Source: Candidatus Woesearchaeota archaeon
Lineage (GTDB): Archaea; Nanobdellota; Nanobdellia; Woesearchaeales; UBA9642
Direction: 5' to 3'
DNA length: 60,443 nt
Assembly: GCA_038895475.1 (NCBI GenBank)
Contig: JAWANI010000003.1
Span: forward strand, 1 to 60,443
Position numbers and translations under genes: made by a program. Below, one piece after another: positions 10,528 to 19,869 of this stretch. A model generated the notes under the pieces. The model did no database searches, was not told the DNA's origin, and saw only the letters and a list, made by a program, of their open reading frames with translations. How positions within the stretch are numbered: position 1 is the first letter of the stretch; every line of letters begins with the position of its first letter.

Positions 10528-11064
10528 TTACCTTTCATTAGATTTTTCTAAATCGTTGATCATTTTCTTCATCAATAATATCTCTTCTGATTGTACTACT
10601 ATTATGTTTTCTGCTAGATTCTTAATTTCCTCTCTAGGACTTGTTTTCAAAACCTTTTGTGCCATAACTATTGCCTGCTCATGATGTTCTATCATTCCGT
10701 ATAAATATGCCATATCTCGTTCTTTTGAAGGAATATACGAAAGTTTAGGCATATTCATCTTTCTGTTCATTGCTTTTCTTCCATAACTTGTTTCATTATA
10801 CCATTCATTTAACCAAGAATCTAAAGTTTTTATTTCCGCAGATTGCAATAGTATTATTTTTTCAGCCAAACTTTTAACTTCCAGATTTTTTGAGTTTAAC
10901 ATGATAATTGAAGCATTTACTGCCTGCTCATGATGCAATATCATTTCAGTTATGAAAGTTTCTTCATCATAAGTCATTAAATCATATTTTCCAAAGTATA
11001 ATACACTTCCTATTACTATAACAACCAATGTTAAAACAACAAACCCTTTTTTATCCGCAAACAT
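10528..11064 (-). CDS. DUF305-family (ferritin-like, copper-resistance-associated) protein, membrane anchored
   Basis: N-terminal TM helix and two copies of the HHEQA(V/I) motif typical of DUF305. Confidence 0.7.
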   Translation of the reverse strand: MFADKKGFVVLTLVVIVIGSVLYFGKYDLMTYDEETFITEMILHHEQAVNASIIMLNSKNLEVKSLAEKIILLQSAEIKTLDSWLNEWYNETSYGRKAMNRKMNMPKLSYIPSKERDMAYLYGMIEHHEQAIVMAQKVLKTSPREEIKNLAENIIVVQSEEILLMKKMINDLEKSNER

Positions 11065-11167
11065 ATTATTACCCCATAATAATCACTAGGTTCATCTTTA
11101 AAACATTTTAAATTAAAGAATAAAAAAATGAAACACCTTATAAATGATGTTGTGAAACTGATTTCAA

Positions 11168-11650
11168 TTATTGTTTTAAAAGCACAACATTGGTCATGCC
11201 TCTTCTTTTCCTTTCTATAAGCCCTTTTCCTTCTAATTTATCAAGAATTCTTGTTATCTTAACTTTTGTATAGTTCGAATTAACTAGTTCTGACTGAAAA
11301 ATAGAACCTTGGGCATCAATTATCTTATTCATCACATATCTTTCATCAGCACTTAGATTAGACAATATTTTTTTGTATGCGTTTTTATCAACTTTTCTAG
11401 AAATAATTTCTTTTTCTTTAATTTCATCTTTAGCAAAAAATATAAAATATAATCCTATAATAATTATTGCAAACATTATTGCCAAACTAACATTGGTCTG
11501 AAACCTTATGGACCCCCACATTGGACAAGTCGGACCATGAGAACAGGAAGCATTAACTATTTCAGTTAATGCACGGTTATACAGCCAAGTTATAAACGCT
11601 ATAAGCAGTGCAAAACCCACAATTATAAAACCAACAACACGATTCTTCAT
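11168..11650 (-). CDS. Membrane-anchored winged-helix (MarR-like) transcriptional regulator
   Basis: Two TM helices flank the loop NASCSHGPTCPMWGS. The C-terminal wHTH reads SIFQSELVNSNYTKVKITRILDKLEGKGLIERKRRGMTNVV. Confidence 0.65.
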   Translation of the reverse strand: MKNRVVGFIIVGFALLIAFITWLYNRALTEIVNASCSHGPTCPMWGSIRFQTNVSLAIMFAIIIIGLYFIFFAKDEIKEKEIISRKVDKNAYKKILSNLSADERYVMNKIIDAQGSIFQSELVNSNYTKVKITRILDKLEGKGLIERKRRGMTNVVLLKQ

Positions 11651-11689
11651 AGATAAAGATTAAAAAAATAAATTAATAAATTTTGTGAA

Positions 11690-13651
11690 TTATTTGTTTT
11701 TAACTTCATTGGAAATAAACATCCACCATGGTCCTTTTACTCTTATAATTTCACCGTTTTCTGCGTTTAAAATCATTTCCTGCTTTGCGGTTATAGGAAT
11801 TATACCCAGTATTCTTCTTTTAGAATCAACCTTAACTAAATATTTTAAACCATCATCTGTATTTTCTAAAATTATTTGTCTTACATTTTTGTTTTCTAAA
11901 TTCTTTGGAATAACTATTGCTGTGCCATTAATAGTTATATTACTGTTGTTTATTAATAATTGTGGGACTTTTATTTTTAACAAACCTTTTCTAATAAACA
12001 CCTGATTATTTTCCTTAGAAACAACAACATTCTCGCCATTAACCATTGTCTCTATTTCTGCATTCTGAATATTAGAAGCCGTTTCCCCTATTGAAACATC
12101 ATCGGGCGTTACACTAACTTCATCTACAATTCCTGAAAAATCATTTAAATTAAGTCTTTGTCTCTCTCTAAGATAATCTTTTATAGCATCTTCTGCCTCT
12201 ATACGCAACTCCCTTATTCTATAATCATCGGCTGTTTCAGACAATACCTCTGCCATTAACAAAGAATAATAATCAGATATCTGAGATGAATTTGTACTGT
12301 TGTCTATTGGCAATCTATTACATCTTGCTTTTATCAATATTATGTTTCTTTCTAAATTATCTATCTTCTTTTTAATATCTCTCAATTGTTCGTCTGATGC
12401 CTGCATAGATTTTAATAATGCATTATATTGTTTATATAAAGACTCCAGTTCTTTTAACATTTCTTCTGGTATTACACATCTTGCTGTGCCTGTTTGTCCT
12501 GGAACAGTATTTTGCATACACTTCTTTTTATATTCATCAATCTTTTTGCCTATTTCTGCAATCTTATTCCTTATTGGCGTTAAATCGACATCATTCGGAG
12601 AGTTAAGCAGTTCTCTGTACTCTTTTAAAGCATCGGATAATTCCCTGTTTAGATATTCCGGAATCTGACATCTCACACCTATTCCTATCTCCCTATCACA
12701 TTGTCTTGATTGCTGTCGCATTATTTCGCCTAATCTTAAAATCTTCACCCTTAAATCAGTAACATCAACTTCTCTTGATCTATCACTTAATTTCTGACGA
12801 AGCTGTCTTATCAAATCAGAATATTCTTTCAAAGTAGTAGGATCTACACACCTATAATTTATATCAAAAATAACATCAGAAACAGATATATTTGTGGTAT
12901 TTGTGATATTAAATGTGTTTGTATTGTTTGTTGTATTATTTATAGTATTATTTATTATAGTATTATTTGTAGAATTAAATCTGGTTATACATTCGAATTT
13001 AGGATTACAATTTGCATCATATCTTACAATGATTCTACCTTTTTTCTCTTCACATGCACTTTCAACATTCTCAGGTACATCATAAACAGGACAACCAACA
13101 AAAGGAACAATATCTGCAGAATTAGTTACGCACTCAAAAGTTGCTTCACACTTTTCATTATATAAAACATTAAGAGTTCCTCCTCTTGCAGCACAATCAT
13201 TAACAACATCCAATGCCGGTTTTACAGGAGGACAAGATACACCTGATTTACATTCATCAACATACCTTGCAGACATATATACTGATTCAACACACTCATA
13301 GCCAACAACACAATTATTTTGTAATTTTTTCTTAACAATCATTCCTTTATTATGACATTCATTACAAAAAATATTGCTTGGAGGGGCAATATCTAATGCA
13401 CAATAATTTCGTGAAGAACCACTTTGTAAAGATTCACAATCATAACCAACAACACAACCATCTCTTACAATATTAACTAACACCAATCCCTGTTGTTCAC
13501 ATTTTTCCCATAAATCTTTATCTGGCAAAGGCAAAGATTTACATAAAACATTGCCTCCAGCATCATAATCAGAAGCATTTAATGCGTTCACATAAAACAA
13601 AATAGAATATAAACTAAAAACAAATACAAACAACAATAATATTTTTTTCAT
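11690..13651 (-). CDS. Secreted Cys-repeat / coiled-repeat surface protein with PepSY-like C-terminus
   Basis: Signal peptide, four Cys modules ending C(V)VGY(D/E)CES or (T/K)FEC(V/I)T, an Asn/Thr-rich N-x-T linker, three roughly 50-aa helical repeats bounded by Cys, and a C-terminal ...VKGPWW segment. Confidence 0.7.
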   Translation of the reverse strand: MKKILLLFVFVFSLYSILFYVNALNASDYDAGGNVLCKSLPLPDKDLWEKCEQQGLVLVNIVRDGCVVGYDCESLQSGSSRNYCALDIAPPSNIFCNECHNKGMIVKKKLQNNCVVGYECVESVYMSARYVDECKSGVSCPPVKPALDVVNDCAARGGTLNVLYNEKCEATFECVTNSADIVPFVGCPVYDVPENVESACEEKKGRIIVRYDANCNPKFECITRFNSTNNTIINNTINNTTNNTNTFNITNTTNISVSDVIFDINYRCVDPTTLKEYSDLIRQLRQKLSDRSREVDVTDLRVKILRLGEIMRQQSRQCDREIGIGVRCQIPEYLNRELSDALKEYRELLNSPNDVDLTPIRNKIAEIGKKIDEYKKKCMQNTVPGQTGTARCVIPEEMLKELESLYKQYNALLKSMQASDEQLRDIKKKIDNLERNIILIKARCNRLPIDNSTNSSQISDYYSLLMAEVLSETADDYRIRELRIEAEDAIKDYLRERQRLNLNDFSGIVDEVSVTPDDVSIGETASNIQNAEIETMVNGENVVVSKENNQVFIRKGLLKIKVPQLLINNSNITINGTAIVIPKNLENKNVRQIILENTDDGLKYLVKVDSKRRILGIIPITAKQEMILNAENGEIIRVKGPWWMFISNEVKNK

Positions 13652-13741
13652 ACTTCCACCTCATAATATCACACAAAAAAACAATACACATACATAAAAT
13701 ATAATACTATTAAAAAAATATAACAAATATAACTTTTTTAA

Positions 13742-14482
13742 TTAGTCGTTCTCTTCTATTCTTGGCGCTAAAATAAAAATCATTTGTATTTTGTCTATCT
13801 CTTTATATTCCAATTTTAAAGGATAGTCTTTGCTGAAGGAGATCTCTACATTATTGCTTATTTTTGATGCCTGAATCATTTTTTTAAGATATTCTATTGA
13901 ATATTTTGATTTAACCTTTTCCTCTGATTTTATTGCGACATTTTCGTCAGATTTTATTTCAATATTTGCTTTTTTTGAATCGCCAGAAGCCGATATTACA
14001 AATTTTTTATCTTCTGACTGAAAACTTACCGATTCAGATATTATTTCCACATCTTCTATAGCATCGTTAAGCATTGTTGATGGACATTTTACATGTGCTT
14101 TAAATTTTAATTCCGGTATTTTTTGCTCTCTTTCATCTAAATCTATTAATGGAAGAAAAAATGTTCTTACGCTATTCCCCTGTAATGTTAATTTTAATTT
14201 ATTCTCAGAAACTTCTAACACCAAATTATCGTTAGCTTTTATTCTTCTTAATACTTGTTTAAAGTCGTTTAAATTTAATCCTAAAACCGTTTCTTCTTTT
14301 ACATTATATTCTATAAATGAACTGCTTAATAGTCTGAAGACAACCATTGCGACATTTGCAGGATCCATTGCTATTAATTCCATGGAGTCCTTCTTTACTT
14401 TAAATCTTGCTTCATTGACAAGATCATTTATAATTGTAACAGGTTCTTTTATAAGTTTTGTTTCAGACAACACAAGTTTCAT
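13742..14482 (-). CDS. pcn: DNA polymerase sliding clamp PCNA
   Basis: 246 aa. N-terminal pattern ...IINDLVNEARFKVKKDSMELIAMDPANVAMVVFRL... and overall length are typical of archaeal PCNA. Confidence 0.85.
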   Translation of the reverse strand: MKLVLSETKLIKEPVTIINDLVNEARFKVKKDSMELIAMDPANVAMVVFRLLSSSFIEYNVKEETVLGLNLNDFKQVLRRIKANDNLVLEVSENKLKLTLQGNSVRTFFLPLIDLDEREQKIPELKFKAHVKCPSTMLNDAIEDVEIISESVSFQSEDKKFVISASGDSKKANIEIKSDENVAIKSEEKVKSKYSIEYLKKMIQASKISNNVEISFSKDYPLKLEYKEIDKIQMIFILAPRIEEND

Positions 14483-14607
14483 TTTAACACCCCAACACCA
14501 TTAATGATGATTCAAATTTTCTAATTAAATTTCTAATTTTTTATTATGATTATATATACCTTAAAACACAAAATATATCAAATATTAAAATATATCTGTT
14601 TAAAAAG

Positions 14608-17217
14608 TTAATCAAATAGGCTTAATGTTCCACCGCTTTTCAAAGGGTTTACATTCAATATTCTTTTTACTACTTCTATATTTTTTTCGCTTAAAAGTTT
14701 TTTATCTAATGAATATATTTTTTCCAGCCAATAATTTTTGTCCAAATAATTCCTTTCTAAAGCGTCTTTTATTAATTCATAAAATATTCTTTCAGGACCA
14801 TTATTTTTATATTTTTTAAAATTAAGATATATTTCAATATCGCCCATCTTTCCTATAATCCTGTCGTTTTTAAAATTTATATATTTAATTCTTCCCAAGG
14901 AGTATCCTGGAAAGTTTTCATTATTGCTGATAATATAGCTTTTAGACCTTGCTTCAAACTTATTTTTTAACAATAAATCCAGCATTTCAGAGTATTTGTT
15001 ATTTAATTTTAATATGCTGTAATCATATATTAATCCATTTATTCTTTCCCAGTTTACATTTCCTAGGTATTCCTGACTAAATATAAAGCTCGTATTTGAT
15101 AAATCTCTTTCAGACTTTCCATCCCTTAAAATATTGCTGAAATATATATCTCTTTGTCTTGACATGTCAGAAAGACTTTGATAAAAATCTTTAATATCAT
15201 ATTTTTCTCCAAACTTCAATCCGGCCATTTCCATGCAATCTCTTACTTTATCTATTGGAACAACTAATGCTGATGCAAGCTTCCATATTAAATCTGTTTT
15301 AACAACTATGTTTTTTTCAGAAATCATTTTATCGTATATAAAATTAAGAACAGGGTCTGAATTTATAATTTGTTTAAATGATTCTATGAATATGTTTGGA
15401 TAATATAATATTCCTTCACTAATACCATATTTTTGTTCTAAAGAAGATATTTTATCCAGCAGAATTGCATCAGGCCTTAATCTTGATTTTAATTTTTCCA
15501 AATGTCTCCTAGGGCTTTTCTCATGCCTATCTCTAAGCGTGTTTAATTTCATAAAGTATCTTCTCTTTCCTGCATCATAAAAATTTTTTACGGGGTCGGA
15601 ATTAAAAACAGAATTTAATGGTTTGTTGACAGCAAAACTCTCAACTATGGCGTTTCTTATTATTTTTAATACAAAATCCCTATTCTTTAAACCGTCGTTT
15701 ATTGTATATGTTACAACTTTTTCTAAACCTTCATACGTTCCTGATTTTATTAAAGATTTCATTTCATCATAATCAATGCTTTTTGTAAATCCTGCCAAAG
15801 TAGCCAATTTATGGTCTGATAAGATATTTAATCTTCTCTTAGAATACTCCTTTGTGTCCAGTATGTCATCAAGATTTTTTTCCCATATTTTTTTATGTGA
15901 ATTAAATTGTTTTAAATGGAGAAAATCAAATTCTATAAAATTATGACCTATTATCTTATAATACTTTTTTGAATCATCATTCAATTTTTTTACTAAGTCT
16001 ATCTCGTTTTCTACAAATTCAAAACTTACGTTTTTAAAACCGTTAATTAATTTTTTCCTGTAGTATTCAGACCTCCATGCTTCTGAAGTAATATATATTT
16101 TATTTTCACTTTCAGAATTTAACGTCGCCATAAATATTCTTCCAGAGGGTATTTTTCCGTTTATAAAATCAATAACTTCTAAATCAATAACTGCGGTGTT
16201 TTTTTTATAAAATTCGCTGCAATGCATCAATGCATCCTCAATATTAACACCATAAGATACATTTTTCAAATACAGAAACGGAAACAATCTGTAGTTCGGC
16301 TGAGACTTTAAAGGCAGATCAGGATTAAATGTTGAGTGTATCGGAAAAAAATCTCTTAATTGCTGTGAAACCCTGTTAAGCATCAACGGATCATATAGCA
16401 ATTGTATTGCATCTACTTCTTGAATTCCAGATTTTGTTTTTGGAAAAATTCCGAGGACATCTAATTTTGAAACAACTTCTGGTCTAGATGTAGCAGTCAC
16501 TTTTAAATAAAATTTTTCCTTCAAGGAAACATCGACAAATTTTACAATTTTTTTAATATCAATATTGCTTCTTAAAAAAGAGTCTTTAGAAATGTTTCTC
16601 AATAATAAACCATATAAAGATTCTGCCTTTTTTTCAGACGAAAAAATTTCTGAAGCGTAAACATTTATTCTAAAAATATTTTTGTTTAGTCTCTTTAATG
16701 TCTTATAATCGCACAGAACCTCTATATTTGAAAAATTAAAGTTTATATCTTCAGAAGACACAGTGTTATTTAGATCTTCTATTATTTTTTCCAGTTCAGA
16801 AACTTCGCGAGTCTCATATGTTCTTGCACGATATCTTTTTTCAGGATTCCTGAAAAATATTTGTTTGCCACTGACAAAAAATTCCAGATTTTTTGCATCC
16901 TCTCGGTTTCCTTTGTGCCATATTATGAAAGAACTGTTTGAATCTTTAGGAAGATCAAATTCTTTATTATTATTTACTCTGCATTTACCATAAGGCATTG
17001 CTTGAAAAACATGTCCGGGATACTTCTCCGTGAGCTTCACAATTAATTCTTTCGGAGTAATGTTATGTTTCGAAGGAATTATCTCCCTTGTAACGGTTAT
17101 TCTCCAAAAATCATCTATTTTTGTTCTTAAAACATAGTCTTCAGTATTGAAATACTCAACCAAAACTTTTTGTCCCTTAAGCCCTAAAGGTTTTATATTT
17201 AGTATGTAGTTTTCCAT
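14608..17217 (-). CDS. Family-B DNA polymerase-like protein with intact exonuclease motifs and degenerate polymerase motifs
   Basis: AVIDLEV (Exo I), IGHNFIEFDFLHL (Exo II), YTINDGL (Exo III). SEGILYYPNIF aligns to motif A DFxSLYPSII without the Asp. No canonical KxxxNSxYG or YxDTD. C-terminal ...GGTLSLFD. Confidence 0.6.
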   Translation of the reverse strand: MENYILNIKPLGLKGQKVLVEYFNTEDYVLRTKIDDFWRITVTREIIPSKHNITPKELIVKLTEKYPGHVFQAMPYGKCRVNNNKEFDLPKDSNSSFIIWHKGNREDAKNLEFFVSGKQIFFRNPEKRYRARTYETREVSELEKIIEDLNNTVSSEDINFNFSNIEVLCDYKTLKRLNKNIFRINVYASEIFSSEKKAESLYGLLLRNISKDSFLRSNIDIKKIVKFVDVSLKEKFYLKVTATSRPEVVSKLDVLGIFPKTKSGIQEVDAIQLLYDPLMLNRVSQQLRDFFPIHSTFNPDLPLKSQPNYRLFPFLYLKNVSYGVNIEDALMHCSEFYKKNTAVIDLEVIDFINGKIPSGRIFMATLNSESENKIYITSEAWRSEYYRKKLINGFKNVSFEFVENEIDLVKKLNDDSKKYYKIIGHNFIEFDFLHLKQFNSHKKIWEKNLDDILDTKEYSKRRLNILSDHKLATLAGFTKSIDYDEMKSLIKSGTYEGLEKVVTYTINDGLKNRDFVLKIIRNAIVESFAVNKPLNSVFNSDPVKNFYDAGKRRYFMKLNTLRDRHEKSPRRHLEKLKSRLRPDAILLDKISSLEQKYGISEGILYYPNIFIESFKQIINSDPVLNFIYDKMISEKNIVVKTDLIWKLASALVVPIDKVRDCMEMAGLKFGEKYDIKDFYQSLSDMSRQRDIYFSNILRDGKSERDLSNTSFIFSQEYLGNVNWERINGLIYDYSILKLNNKYSEMLDLLLKNKFEARSKSYIISNNENFPGYSLGRIKYINFKNDRIIGKMGDIEIYLNFKKYKNNGPERIFYELIKDALERNYLDKNYWLEKIYSLDKKLLSEKNIEVVKRILNVNPLKSGGTLSLFD

Positions 17218-17411
17218 ATGTCTTTGAGGTAATTTGTATATATTTAAAAAATTAACCGATAACTACTACAAAGTAACTTATTAGTAAAAAACGTAATAAT
17301 ATAATGACACATGGAAAACAAAATTTAAAAAACAACCCTTATTAAAGAATAAATAAAAATAAAAAAAGACAAAAATAAATACGATAAAAAAATAATAAAC
17401 AAAAATTAAAA

Positions 17412-19169
17412 ATGAAAGAAGTGTGGAATTTAAATGAATTGGTTAATAAAAAACCTGAAAATATATTAGAGGAAATAAAAAAAGATGTTGAATCATTCAT
17501 AAGATATAAATCAATTATTCATAAAAACAATAAAGACATAATAGATACTGTATTTAAAATAATTCTTCTAAAAGAAAAAATGTATGAAAAACTGATGCTT
17601 CTTAATGGGTATTATTCCTTAAGATTTTATGAAAATACGAAAGACGAAGAGGCATCGGCAAAAATATCTATGCTAAAACAATTAGGCACTGAAATAAATA
17701 ATAAAACGCTTTTCTTCTCACACTGGATAATGAAATTAGATGAAAAAACATATAAAAAAATAATAAACTCAGAAAAACTAAAATCATTTAAACATTATTT
17801 TGAAAAAACAAGAAATCTTAAAAAACATACACTATCAGAAGATAAAGAACAAATAATAAACCTAAAAAACATAGCCTCTTCGGGCTTTTTCGATATATAT
17901 GAACATATAACAAGTTCTTTTACGTTTGATTTCGAAGGCAAAAAAATCACTGAGGAAGAATTAAAAACAAAATGCAGGTCTCCTGATCCCGAAGTCAGGG
18001 AAAAAGCATATATTCTTTTGTTATCTAAATATGAATCTCATAAATCAGAATTAACAGAAATATACAGAAATATAGTTCTTGACTGGTATAATGAAGACAT
18101 ACTAATAAGAAAATATAAACGACCAATAAGTTCAAGAAACATTAGTAATGACTTAAAAGATAAAACCATTGATTCATTAATCAATGTTATTAAAAAAAAT
18201 AATCATGTATTTCAGGAATATTTTAAGGTAAAACATGAAATAATAAACAATAAGCTCCCAAAAAATAAAAGATATGAATTTTCAAGATTTCATCTTTATG
18301 CACCATATGTTTTTAAATCTAAAAAATACAGCTATGAGTTTAGCAAAAAGTATGTATTACAAAAATTTAAGGATTTCGACAAAAGATTCTACGATGCTGC
18401 AAATCTAATATTTAAAAATAAACACATACACAGTCACCCGCAAAAAAACAAAAGAAGCGGAGCATTCTGTAGTTTAATAACAAACAAGCATCTCCCATAC
18501 ATAATGCTTAATCATACTGACGATATAAGAGATTTGTTTACAATGGCACACGAACTTGGACACGGCATACATGATGTTTTAAGTATGAATCAACCAAATC
18601 TATTACAACATGCACCACTCCCATTATGTGAAACAGCATCTATATTCTCTGAAATGATATTAGCTGATGACATATTAAAAAAATCAGACAATATTGAAGA
18701 AAAAAAATACGTTTTAATGAACTTGTTAGATAATCAGTATGCATCAATAACCAGACAGGCATATTTTGTAATATTTGAAATATATGCACACGACAATATG
18801 CACAAGGGGATAACAATAAAAGATTTAGACGATATGTATTTAAAACTGTTAAAAGAACAATTCGGAAACATGAAAATTCCCGAAATATTCAAGAATGAAT
18901 GGAATTATATACCGCACATTCATGAATATCCTTTTTATTGTTATTCATACGCTTTCGGGAATCTTATGGTTTTATCCTTATATGAGATTTACAGAAGAGA
19001 AGGCAAAAAATTCGTAGACAAATATGTAAATATTCTCAGCAAGGGTGGATCTCAAAATCCTGAGGAAATGTTTTTAGGAATAGGCATAGATATAACATCT
19101 GAAGATTTCTGGCAGAAGGGCTTTGAAATAATTAAAGAAGAAGTCAAAAAACTAAAAAACATGAATTAA
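17412..19169 (+). CDS. pepF: Oligoendopeptidase F (M3B metallopeptidase)
   Basis: 585 aa with HELGHGIH zinc motif and M3B-like length and architecture. Confidence 0.85.
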   Translation: MKEVWNLNELVNKKPENILEEIKKDVESFIRYKSIIHKNNKDIIDTVFKIILLKEKMYEKLMLLNGYYSLRFYENTKDEEASAKISMLKQLGTEINNKTLFFSHWIMKLDEKTYKKIINSEKLKSFKHYFEKTRNLKKHTLSEDKEQIINLKNIASSGFFDIYEHITSSFTFDFEGKKITEEELKTKCRSPDPEVREKAYILLLSKYESHKSELTEIYRNIVLDWYNEDILIRKYKRPISSRNISNDLKDKTIDSLINVIKKNNHVFQEYFKVKHEIINNKLPKNKRYEFSRFHLYAPYVFKSKKYSYEFSKKYVLQKFKDFDKRFYDAANLIFKNKHIHSHPQKNKRSGAFCSLITNKHLPYIMLNHTDDIRDLFTMAHELGHGIHDVLSMNQPNLLQHAPLPLCETASIFSEMILADDILKKSDNIEEKKYVLMNLLDNQYASITRQAYFVIFEIYAHDNMHKGITIKDLDDMYLKLLKEQFGNMKIPEIFKNEWNYIPHIHEYPFYCYSYAFGNLMVLSLYEIYRREGKKFVDKYVNILSKGGSQNPEEMFLGIGIDITSEDFWQKGFEIIKEEVKKLKNMN

Positions 19170-19711
19170 TAAAATATTTTTTTATAAGAAAAAGCATTCA
19201 TTCTTGAATATAAACTTAACCAATTTAACAAATCATAATCTTTAGACATAGAATAATCTCTTTTAGATTTTATTCTTGATAAAATATTATTACACAAAGC
19301 AATATTATTGTTTAAAGAATTTTTAATAAGAGAAAAGTTATTATTAAAATAATCGCCCCTTATTATATAATTTTTTGCATCTTCTCCTAAAAATGACTCC
19401 AGCAAATATGAGTGCCAAACAGATATTTTAGTTTCAGGAGCAACCTTTAATAATTCACCATCATTATATATTTTTATGTTTGAATATAATGCACATTTTA
19501 TCATCTCCCTAAAATCCATCTTATCTAAGACTGTTGACATCATATCAATTACAAAAGGAAAATCTTTAATAAATAAGAAATCCGATTTATAACTATCCAA
19601 ATATTGTATTGCAGGTTTATGATAATAAAATCTTTCATCGTATAAAACTATAGATTCAAGTAAATTTTTTTCCCTTTTTGATTCTTTTTTTGCGTTTAAT
19701 CTATTACTCAT
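19166..19711 (-). CDS. Hypothetical protein
   Basis: ORF convergent with pepF, with stops overlapping by 4 nt. First ATG is at 19711 (track TTG at 19747). No motif recognised. Confidence 0.45.
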   Translation of the reverse strand: MSNRLNAKKESKREKNLLESIVLYDERFYYHKPAIQYLDSYKSDFLFIKDFPFVIDMMSTVLDKMDFREMIKCALYSNIKIYNDGELLKVAPETKISVWHSYLLESFLGEDAKNYIIRGDYFNNNFSLIKNSLNNNIALCNNILSRIKSKRDYSMSKDYDLLNWLSLYSRMNAFSYKKIFY

Positions 19712-19869
19712 AGCCCTATAAACACTTAAAGTGCTTAAAATATGCAAAATTTAGTGTCAACAATAATCAGAATATTATGGTGGAAATCATTTATAAAATT
19801 TATTATTCGAATATTATTATAATACGTTTATATTATTATATAATTATTATTTAATTAGTTATAAAAAAT

